Source: an uncultured delta proteobacterium
Lineage (GTDB): Bacteria; Myxococcota_A; Polyangia; Polyangiales; Polyangiaceae
Direction: 5' to 3'
NCBI GenBank assembly: GCA_963806225.1
Contig: CAWDXG010000004.1
Span: 5,344,001 to 5,408,000, forward strand
Length of the DNA stretch: 64,000 bases
Position numbers and translations under genes: made by a program. Shown piece after piece: positions 1-8,018 of this stretch; within the stretch, counting starts at the first letter, position 1, and the number at the start of each line of letters is the position of its first letter. The notes below the pieces were generated by a model. It was not told the DNA's origin and ran no database searches. It saw nothing but the letters and a program-made list of their open reading frames with translations.

Positions 1-73
1 GCCTTGACCCGCCCGGAGGCGGAGCACAGAATCCGGTCAACCCAGCCGACAGCGCGGCTCGTGGAGGACATGC

Positions 74-475
74 ATGGCGAAGCTACCGAGCGTCAGGGAA
101 TACATGGACACGCGTCCGCTCAACCTGCGGACCGACACGCCAATCCTCGATGCCGTGGATTTCCTGCTGGAGAACCACATCACCGGCGCGCCGGTCGTGG
201 ACGAAGAGGACCAGCTCGTCGGCCTGCTCTCGGAAAAGGACTGCCTGAGGCTGATCGCGCGCGGCGTGGATGCCGACACGCCGAAGGGCTCCGTCGGCGA
301 TTTCATGACGACCGAGCTTTCCACCATCGAGCCCGACATGAACATCTACTTCGCGGCCGGTGTGTTCCTCAGCCACACGATGCGCAGGCTGCCCGTCGTC
401 GACAAGGGCAAGCTCATCGGCGTCATCACGCGCTTCGACATCCTGCGCGCGATCCATACCGGCCTGCCCAGATAG
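74..475 (+). CDS. CBS domain-containing protein
   Basis: Two CBS repeats (ITGAPVVDEEDQLVGLLSEKD; RRLPVVDKGKLIGVITRFD); GGAGG RBS upstream. Confidence 0.9.
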   Translation: MAKLPSVREYMDTRPLNLRTDTPILDAVDFLLENHITGAPVVDEEDQLVGLLSEKDCLRLIARGVDADTPKGSVGDFMTTELSTIEPDMNIYFAAGVFLSHTMRRLPVVDKGKLIGVITRFDILRAIHTGLPR

Positions 476-534
476 GCTCGAACGCACCGAGCCCTGGGAC
501 GGTGGGTCGCCACCAGCTGCAGCTCCCGGTGCGG

Positions 535-1743
535 CTAGCGCAGTTCCGCCGAGCTCTTGCCGAGCAGGCGCCGCGCGATGATGAGCAGCTGGATCTGCTG
601 GGTGCCCTCGAAGATGTCGATGATCTTCGAGTCGCGCGCCCACTTCTCGAGTAGCTCGGTTTCCGTCGCGCCGACCGAGGCGCAGAGCTGGAGGCAGCGC
701 AGCGTGATGTGATTCGCACTGCGCGCCGCCTTGGCCTTGGCCATGGACGCTTCCTTGGAGTTCGGAATGCCGTTGTCGGCCATCCACGCCGCCTTGAGTG
801 TTAGCAGGCGCGCGGCTTCGAGATCCGCTTCCATGCGGTAGAGCTCGGCTTCAGCCGCGGACGAGGCGAGCAGGGTCCGCGTGTAGTCCGCTTTCACGTT
901 CGCCTTGCGGAGCAGCTCGCGGGTGAGTTCGATCGCGGCACGGCCGACGCCGAGCGCCATGCCCGCGACCATGGGTCGCGTGTTGTCGAAGGTCTGCATC
1001 ACGCCGCCAAAGCCGCCCTTCGTGTTGATCTCCGGGCTGCCGAGCAGGTTTTCCTTCGGCACGCGGCAGTCGGAAAATGCGATGGTCGCCGTGTCCGAGG
1101 CGCGGATGCCGAGCTTGTGATCGAGGCGGAGCAGCTCCATGCCAGGCGTGCCCTTTTCCACCACGAAGCTCTTCATCGCCGCGCGGCCGAGCGCTGGGTC
1201 GAGTGTGGCCCACACGACGACCAGATCCGCGCGGCTTCCGGCGGTGATGAAGATCTTCTCGCCGTTCAGCACGTAGTGATCGCCGTCGAGCCGCGCCGTG
1301 GTGCGGATGGCGCCCGAGTCGGAGCCGGCGTCCGGTTCGGTGATGGCCATCGCCGCCCAATGCCCTTTGAAGCGCTCGAGCTGCTCCTCGTTGGCCACAG
1401 CCGCGATGGCCGCGTTGCCGAGCCCCTGGCGCGGGATGCTGAGCGCCAGGCCGACATCACCCCAGCACATCTCGGTCAGACCGATCACGGTGGCCATGTT
1501 GCCGCCGTTGCGGACACCGCCGTCTTCCTTCTTCTTTTCGCGCTTCGTCTGGCCGGCGCCCGCGCCGGCCATGCCGCCGCCGTCGCCCATGCCCTCGAGC
1601 AGTGCGGCGAGCATGTCGAGCTCGACCGGGTACTCGTGCTCGGCGCGATCGTATTTGCGCGAGATGGGCCGGAACATCTGCTCGGCCACCATGTGGGCCT
1701 GTTCTTCAAGCGGAGCGAGCTTCTTGGGGATTTCGAGATACAT
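535..1743 (-). CDS. acyl-CoA dehydrogenase (FadE23-like)
   Basis: AMAITEPDAGSD, LNGEKIFIT, KLGIRAS and IFEGTQQIQ motifs. Confidence 0.93.
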   Translation of the reverse strand: MYLEIPKKLAPLEEQAHMVAEQMFRPISRKYDRAEHEYPVELDMLAALLEGMGDGGGMAGAGAGQTKREKKKEDGGVRNGGNMATVIGLTEMCWGDVGLALSIPRQGLGNAAIAAVANEEQLERFKGHWAAMAITEPDAGSDSGAIRTTARLDGDHYVLNGEKIFITAGSRADLVVVWATLDPALGRAAMKSFVVEKGTPGMELLRLDHKLGIRASDTATIAFSDCRVPKENLLGSPEINTKGGFGGVMQTFDNTRPMVAGMALGVGRAAIELTRELLRKANVKADYTRTLLASSAAEAELYRMEADLEAARLLTLKAAWMADNGIPNSKEASMAKAKAARSANHITLRCLQLCASVGATETELLEKWARDSKIIDIFEGTQQIQLLIIARRLLGKSSAELR

Positions 1744-1758
1744 GATCGTTCCTCGGGT

Positions 1759-3157
1759 CTAGACGAGCACGCCGCCTTCGAGCACGGACAGCGTCATCAG
1801 GTCTCGGTACCAGCGCTCGACGGGGTGTTCCTTGATGTAGCCGTGCCCGCCGAGCAGCTGCACGCCGTTGGTGGCGATCTCCATGCCCTTTTCCTGCGTG
1901 AGCACCCGGGCGAGGTACGCTTCGCGATGGAAGTCGAGCCCGTGCTCGGCCTGCGCCGCCGCGCGCCAGGTCACGAGCCGCATCGACTCGATCTCGATCG
2001 CCAGGTTCGAGACCATGAACGCGACGGCCTGGCGGTGGCTGATCGGCTCGCCGAACGCCTTGCGGTCGTTGACGTAGGGGATGACGTAGTCGAGCACCGC
2101 CTGCGCCGTGCCGACGGCCAGCGCCGCGGTCGCGATGCGCGAGCGATCGACCAGCTCCGCGTAGTCGACGGCGTCGGGTGCACCGCCCAGAATCGCGCTG
2201 GCCGGCAGCCGAACGCCGTCGAAACGTACGCGGCCGAGCCCCGCCGCGCGCGCGCCCAGTGCCGGATCGGCCTCGACGCTCACGCCCTCGGCGTTCCGCT
2301 CCACCAGGACCGCGCAGGGGCGGCCGCCGACCAGCTCCGCCGCGACGAGGAACAGCTCGGCGCTCGTGGCGAGCGGTACCAGCGACTTCTCGCCGTACAG
2401 CCGGAGCTCGCCCGCGCGCAGCGTGACCCGCGTCGAGAGCGCGTTCGGGTCGAACAGCGGGCGTGGCTCGGACAGCAGAAGAGCTGCCGGTGGCGGGGTT
2501 TCCCCGGCGAAGGCCGGGAGGTATTTCGCCTGCTGCTCCGCGGAGCCCCAGCGCGAGAGCGCATGCGCCACGCCGATGGGCGCGAGCGCCGCGAGGGCCA
2601 GGCCCAGGTCGCCGTGCGCGAGATCCTCGGCTACCAGGGTGCCCATCACCGTGGACGTTTCGGTCGCGGCGCCGCCCAGAGCCTCGGGCACCGACATCGG
2701 TCCCAGAGCGAGATCGGCGAGCTGCGACTCGAAGCCCTCCGGGGGCGCGCCGTCCGTGTCCGCCTTGGCGGCCGCCGGCTCGAGCACCTCGCGGGCGAAG
2801 CGTTGCGCCACGTCGCGGATCATCTGCTGCTCGTCGGTCGGATTCAGAATCGAAGAGCTTGCGCGGCGCGGGCTGCGCAAGCCGTTCCGGCGCGCTCGGC
2901 TTGCCGTTCGCCTTGAACGCGTGCGCCAGCTTGGCGCCCGCCTGGAAGCCCTCGCGCACCGCACCGCGCGTCAGCTTCTGCGCCGGCTCGTACAGTCCCA
3001 GCCGGTGCACCAGCGGCGACGACGAGAAGCGCCCCAGCATCGCCAGCGACGCGTTCATCGCCTGCCGCCCGAAGCGCGCGCCGGGGCTCTCCTTGCCATT
3101 GGTCTTCTTCACGCCGGGGCGCTGTAGAGTCCTTGTGTCCATCGTATTCTCCGTCAT
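1759..3157 (-). pseudogene. acyl-CoA dehydrogenase (FadE24-like) split by a +1 frameshift (possibly a sequencing error)
   Basis: N-terminus MTENTMD...RKLFD lies in one frame, LNPTDEQQMIRD...GVQLLGGHGYIKEHPVERWYRD in another; removing one A at 2848/2849 restores KLFDLNPTDEQ; ATG overlaps the thiolase stop. Confidence 0.8.
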
Positions 3158-4449
3158 GATCCGACGCGCTCCATGACTGCCGCCGCCCCCAGGCCGCCGG
3201 CGGCGCAGATGCCGAGCAGCGCGGTGTTCTTGCCGCTTGTGTGAAGCTCGGTCGCCATCGTGGTCACCATGCGGGCGCCGGTGGCGCCGAAGGGATGACC
3301 GAGGGCGAGCGAGCCGCCGTGAACGTTGAGCCGCTCCATGTCGACTTTGCCGACCGCCTTTTCGCGGCCGAGCCGCGCGCGTGCGAAAGCGTCGCTCCCC
3401 AGCATCTTCACGATGCTCAGCACCTGCGCCGCGAACGCCTCGTGCATGTCCACCAGGTCCACCTGGCCGAGCTCGAGCTCCGCGCGCTCGAGCGCCTTCG
3501 GCATCGCGAGCGCGGGCCCCATCAACAGCTGATCCGCCGGGTCCACGCCCGTGTAGGCCCATGACCGGAACGCAGCGAGCGGCTCCAGCCCGAGCGCCTT
3601 GGCCTTCTTCTCGCTCATCAAGAGCACCGCTGCGGCGCCGTCGGTGAGCGCGCTGGAGTTGCCCGCAGTGAGCGTGCCGTCCTTGGCGAACACCGGCCTG
3701 AGCCTTTCGAGCTTGTCCACCGACGTGTCGGCGCGCACCAGGCCGTCGGCGTGCACCCAGCGCCCGTGCGGCGTCTGCACCGGCACCACCTCGTCGTCGA
3801 AGCGCCCGGATGCGATGGCCGCGGCGGCGCGGTGGTGCGACTGCACCGCGAACTCGTCCTGCGCGTCGCGCGGGATCTCGTTGCGGCGGGCCATGCGCTC
3901 GGCGGCTTCGCCCATCACCTCGCCGGTGCTGCGCTCGGCGATCTTCGGCTGTCTGGGCAGAAGATCCGTGAACGGCGCCAGCTTCTGGATCATCCCGAGG
4001 TAGTCCGCCGGTGTGCCCTTGCCGAACGCGATGGGCGCTGCGGCGTGGATCAGCTTCTGCGGCAGCTTGACCTCCGCGTTGCTGGTCGAGTCGCTGCCGC
4101 CGGCGATCACCACGTCGGCTTCGCCGCGCTCGATCGCCGCCGCAGCCAGCGTCACGGCCTGCAGCCCGGACGCGCAGGCGCGCGTCACCGTGAAGGCTTC
4201 GCAGCCCGGATCGAGCCCCAGGTCGAGCACGATCTCGCGGCCTACGTTGGGCGCCGTGCCCGGCAGGATCACGCCGCCCCAGACCAGGCTCTCGACCTCG
4301 CGGTACGGCAGGTCCAGCCGGTCGAGCAGCCCGCGCACGGCGGCTACGCCGAGCGCGATGGTGTCCATCTCGATGAATTCGCCGAACGCCTTGACGAACG
4401 GCGTCCGCGCGCCGCCGACGATCACTGCTCTGGTCTTCTTCGTGGCCAT
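3154..4449 (-). CDS. acetyl-CoA C-acyltransferase (thiolase, FadI/FadA2-like)
   Basis: RACASG catalytic Cys, HEAFA, GHPFGATG, CAAGG motifs. Confidence 0.93.
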   Translation of the reverse strand: MATKKTRAVIVGGARTPFVKAFGEFIEMDTIALGVAAVRGLLDRLDLPYREVESLVWGGVILPGTAPNVGREIVLDLGLDPGCEAFTVTRACASGLQAVTLAAAAIERGEADVVIAGGSDSTSNAEVKLPQKLIHAAAPIAFGKGTPADYLGMIQKLAPFTDLLPRQPKIAERSTGEVMGEAAERMARRNEIPRDAQDEFAVQSHHRAAAAIASGRFDDEVVPVQTPHGRWVHADGLVRADTSVDKLERLRPVFAKDGTLTAGNSSALTDGAAAVLLMSEKKAKALGLEPLAAFRSWAYTGVDPADQLLMGPALAMPKALERAELELGQVDLVDMHEAFAAQVLSIVKMLGSDAFARARLGREKAVGKVDMERLNVHGGSLALGHPFGATGARMVTTMATELHTSGKNTALLGICAAGGLGAAAVMERVGS

Positions 4450-4468
4450 GTCGTTCTCCGTTACTTTC

Positions 4469-5893
4469 CTAGGCTCCGATGAACGCGCCGCCGCACACGC
4501 GCAGGATCTGTCCGGTGAGGCCCTGGGCGCCGGAACTGGCGAGGAAGGTGATGGCCTGCGCCACGTCTTCGGGCTGACCGCCCTGGCCGAGCGCGCTCAG
4601 GCGCCGGCCGACTTCGCGGATCGCCACCGGGATGGCCGCTGTCAGCCGCGTCTCGATGAAACCTGGTGCGATGGCGTTGACCGTGATGCCGCGCGGAGCC
4701 AGCTTCGGCGACAGGCCGCGCACGTAGCCCGCCACGCCGCCCTTGGACGCGGCGTAGTTGGTCTGGCCCATGTTGCCGGCGAGCCCCGCGATCGACGACA
4801 GGCACACCACGCGCCCGCCGTCTTTCAGAGCCTTCTTCTCGATCGCAGCCGTGAGCCGCACGACGGCCTCGAGGTTCACGGCCATGATCTGGTCCCACTG
4901 CTCTTCCTTCATGCGGGCCAGCGTCTTGTCGCGCGTGATGCCGGCGTTGTGCACGACGACATCGGCGCTGCCCAGATCGCGGAGCGCCGAGAGTAGCTTT
5001 TCGCCCGCGTCGGCTGCCGTCACGTCGAGCGCGAGCGGCGTGCCTCCGATCTCGCGCGCCAGCTGCGCTGTGGGGCCGTCGTCCGCGGGGCGATCGAGGC
5101 ACACCACGTGCGCACCTTCCAGCGCGAGCCGCCGCGCGGTGGCTTTGCCGATGCCACGCGCCGCTCCGGTAACCAGCGCCACCTTGCGATCGAGCGCTCG
5201 CACCGGCGCGGCGCCATTTGCGCCCATATCCTTCGCGCGCAACGTCACCGATAGTGGCTGTCCGCTGACGTAGGCCGAGCGTGCCGACATCAGGAACGTC
5301 AGCACCGGTCCGAGCCGTGACTCGGCGCCCGGCTCCACCAGGACGAGGTTCGCCGTCGCGCCCTTGCGGCCCACTTCCTTGGCCACGCTGCGGATGAAGC
5401 CGTCGAGCGCGCCCGCGACGAGCGACGACTCCGCGCTGTCACCCGCCGTGCGCCCGAGCACGATGACGCGCCCCGAGCGATCCACGCGCTGGATGGCGGG
5501 GTGGAAGAAGTCGTACAGCGCGCGCAGCCCTTCCGCGTCCTTGATGCCCGAGGCATCGAACACGAGCGCGCGCACGCGCTCGCCGTCCTGGAGCTCCGTC
5601 ATGGGCCGCGGCGGATGTCCGTAGGCCTCGCCGGCCTCGCCGAAAGCCGCGGCGTCCGTGGCGCCGTCCAGATACGGGTCGGCGCCAGCCCCCGCCACGC
5701 TGCGGGAAATCGGAGCGAGCAGCGCCGCCCCGGGCGCCGCGCCGATGGCGACCTTCTGCTCCATCAGCGGGTGCGCCGACCACGGGCCCTTCTCGCGATC
5801 GAGCGGAGTCGGCAGCGGCAGCGGCAGCCCCAGCGTCTTGATCAGCGAGCGGGCCTGCGGGTTCTTCGAGATGTCGATCAGCCAGTCAGCCAT
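4469..5893 (-). CDS. 3-oxoacyl-ACP/CoA reductase with N-terminal extension (FabG4-like)
   Basis: TGAARGIG, NAGITRD, YAASK SDR motifs after a ~220 aa N-domain; start reassigned to MADWLID with GGAGG RBS. Confidence 0.9.
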   Translation of the reverse strand: MADWLIDISKNPQARSLIKTLGLPLPLPTPLDREKGPWSAHPLMEQKVAIGAAPGAALLAPISRSVAGAGADPYLDGATDAAAFGEAGEAYGHPPRPMTELQDGERVRALVFDASGIKDAEGLRALYDFFHPAIQRVDRSGRVIVLGRTAGDSAESSLVAGALDGFIRSVAKEVGRKGATANLVLVEPGAESRLGPVLTFLMSARSAYVSGQPLSVTLRAKDMGANGAAPVRALDRKVALVTGAARGIGKATARRLALEGAHVVCLDRPADDGPTAQLAREIGGTPLALDVTAADAGEKLLSALRDLGSADVVVHNAGITRDKTLARMKEEQWDQIMAVNLEAVVRLTAAIEKKALKDGGRVVCLSSIAGLAGNMGQTNYAASKGGVAGYVRGLSPKLAPRGITVNAIAPGFIETRLTAAIPVAIREVGRRLSALGQGGQPEDVAQAITFLASSGAQGLTGQILRVCGGAFIGA

Positions 5894-6845
5894 GGTTCGA
5901 ACCCTCCTTCTTGGTGGCGCGCGTCTCGAAGTGCCCTTCGAGGTACGCGCCGCCGCCCGGCGCATCGCCCACGTAGAGTCCCTGGTCGCGGGTGACGTAC
6001 ACGCCGATCGAAGCCGGCAGGACGAGCGGCCGCGTGAAGCGCGCCTCGACCACGGCGAGCGCATCCACGTCGCCGCACAGCACGTCGCGATCCACCGCCT
6101 CGATGGCGCGGGCCAGCGTGGAAAAGCCGTGCAGAATCACCGAGCGGAAGCCCGCGGCGCGCGCGTACGGCGGGACCCAGTGCAGTGGGTTGATGTCGCC
6201 GGTGAGCTTGGCGAAGTCCCAGCCGGCGTTCCTGCCAATGCGCATGAACGCGATTTCGCGCGCGTCCACCGGCACGCTGGGACGCCGCTTCGGGGCTTTG
6301 TCCGGCTTTTCTTTTTGTCTGCCCGTCGCGGAACCGTTCTTGTTGCCTGGGCGGACCAGGGGCACGTGCGCGCGGAGCTCGGCGAAGATGGCCTCGGGCG
6401 CGCTCTTCGTTCCGGTGACGATGGTCGTGGTGAGGATCGCGCGCCGGCCATCGTCGTCGACGGACTCGAGCCGCGCCGCGACCTCGAGCGGCTCGCCCGC
6501 CGGCAGCGGCGCGCGCTGCTCGATGCGGCAGCCGGCGTTGACCACGCGCGCCATCGGGTAGCTGGTGTCGGCGATGGCGCGGGCCGCGAGCGGAAAGCCC
6601 CACTGCGGGAACAGGTGTGCGGGGACGCGCCCGCGGTACCAGGCCGGGTCGCCTCCGACGTGCCGCACGTAGTCGCGGATCAATGCCGCCGACCGTGGCG
6701 GCAGGGTCTGGCGGATCCATTCGCCCGGCAGCGACGGCGTGGGGCCGCCGCCTTTGCTGGACATGGACGAGATGGCCACGCCGCCCAGCGCGCGGATGAC
6801 CGGAACCTGGTCGAGAAGACGCAACATGGAGACGGACACGTTCAC
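5886..6845 (-). CDS. MaoC/HtdX-like hot-dog dehydratase
   Basis: FAKLTGDINPLH...ILHG hydratase-2 motif. Confidence 0.85.
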   Translation of the reverse strand: MNVSVSMLRLLDQVPVIRALGGVAISSMSSKGGGPTPSLPGEWIRQTLPPRSAALIRDYVRHVGGDPAWYRGRVPAHLFPQWGFPLAARAIADTSYPMARVVNAGCRIEQRAPLPAGEPLEVAARLESVDDDGRRAILTTTIVTGTKSAPEAIFAELRAHVPLVRPGNKNGSATGRQKEKPDKAPKRRPSVPVDAREIAFMRIGRNAGWDFAKLTGDINPLHWVPPYARAAGFRSVILHGFSTLARAIEAVDRDVLCGDVDALAVVEARFTRPLVLPASIGVYVTRDQGLYVGDAPGGGAYLEGHFETRATKKEGSNHG

Positions 6846-7492
6846 CTCGTTTCCGGGACGCTTTGCGCGTCTCTGGGCCCGCCGTCGCGGAAGAGCGCCG
6901 CGCGGGCGATGCGCAACAGCTCATGCTCGTAGCGGTAGCCCGCGTCGCTGGCGGGCTGGATAGCTGCGGTGCTCACGCCTGCGCTCGAGACGGCGCCGAG
7001 CACGAGCTGCAGCATGTGCAACACGTACACCTCGGGATCAACGTCCGGCCAGTGCCGGCCGTGCTCGCGCCCGGACTCGATGTAGCCGGCGACGGCGAGC
7101 AGCCAAGGGCGCACCGCTTCGCGCATCAGCTGCTTTGCTTCTTCCGGGCGATCGAGCATCTCGCGCACGATCAGTCGTGCGCGATCCGGATCGTCGGTGA
7201 AGAAGCGGTACAGCTCGCCGAGCACCGCGTCGAAGCGATCCTCGCTGGCACTTGCCGCGAGCAGCAGTCCCGGCAGCACGTCGCGCCAGTGATCGAGAAT
7301 CGAGTCGAGCACCGCCTGGCGAAGTGCGGACTTGGACGCGAAGTAGTGCAGGACGGCCTGCTTGGTCACGCCCACCTCGTCCGCGATGAGTTGCAACGAC
7401 GTGTCGGCGAAGCCGCGCCGCGCGAACAGCCGCGTGGCCGCCGAGAGCACCTCGGTCCTGACTTCGCCGGGCTGTGAGGGAGCGCTTACCAT
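6842..7492 (-). CDS. TetR/AcrR family transcriptional regulator
   Basis: N-terminal HTH LFARRGFADTSLQLIADEVGVTKQAVLHYF. Confidence 0.92.
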   Translation of the reverse strand: MVSAPSQPGEVRTEVLSAATRLFARRGFADTSLQLIADEVGVTKQAVLHYFASKSALRQAVLDSILDHWRDVLPGLLLAASASEDRFDAVLGELYRFFTDDPDRARLIVREMLDRPEEAKQLMREAVRPWLLAVAGYIESGREHGRHWPDVDPEVYVLHMLQLVLGAVSSAGVSTAAIQPASDAGYRYEHELLRIARAALFRDGGPRDAQSVPETR

Positions 7493-7522
7493 CCGGACGG
7501 CGAACGCTTACCAAGTGGTAGG
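7485..7522. promoter_or_regulatory. putative TetR operator pair (CTTACC-N4-GGTAGG and CTTACC-N4-GGACGG)
   Basis: Two imperfect palindromes 22 bp apart overlapping or adjacent to the tetR start codon. Confidence 0.45.
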
Positions 7523-7597
7523 CCGGCCTGCAAGCCAAAAAACGACGCAGCGCGGCAAGTTCTGTATATTGTTAGGTTCAAAGAGGTCGCAGCGCAG

Positions 7598-7870
7598 CTA
7601 CGGCGTCCTGGCCAGCGGGATGCCGGCGAGGTTGTTGCCGCCGATGGCGACGGGCGCGCTCCAACTGCCGGCGCTGCGCGTCGCGTACAGCACGGCGCTG
7701 TCCGACTGGCGCGCATAGGCGAGCAGGAGCTCCGGACCGGACGTCGTGCGCACGACGGCCGGGACGGTGACGTAGCTCGTGTCGCTGCCGAGCGAAGCGG
7801 AGTGCGACCAGCCACCAGGGGCGGCGCGGTCCTCTGTCGCCAGCTGGTTGGAACTGTCGCTATCGCGTTC
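7598..7870 (-). pseudogene. start-less C-terminal remnant of a beta-rich secreted protein
   Basis: Protein-like frame GGWSHSASLGSD...ELLLAYARQSDSAVLYATRSAGSWSAPVAIGG...* with no start codon at its 5' end. Confidence 0.35.
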
Positions 7871-8018
7871 ACCCGGAAGGTGTGGGGCCCGAACGTGGAG
7901 CCGTAGCTCTCTGGCGCGCGGAGCCTGACCCGGCGCGCAATCGTCCGGTGCAGGTTGTCCCCTGCTGGGCTAGCCTCGCTCCGGGCGCAGCGCCATGCGG
8001 CGCAGCTGGAGGGAGCCG

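Noticed and set aside
2841..2856. Programmed ribosomal frameshift
   Set aside because: No slippery heptamer, and I know of no precedent for acyl-CoA dehydrogenases.
1117..2916. Long antisense or alternate-frame ORFs (e.g. 1117-2916, 32311-34422, 55575-57506, 58021-60027)
   Set aside because: Shadow ORFs expected in high-GC DNA opposite well-supported genes; no recognisable motifs.
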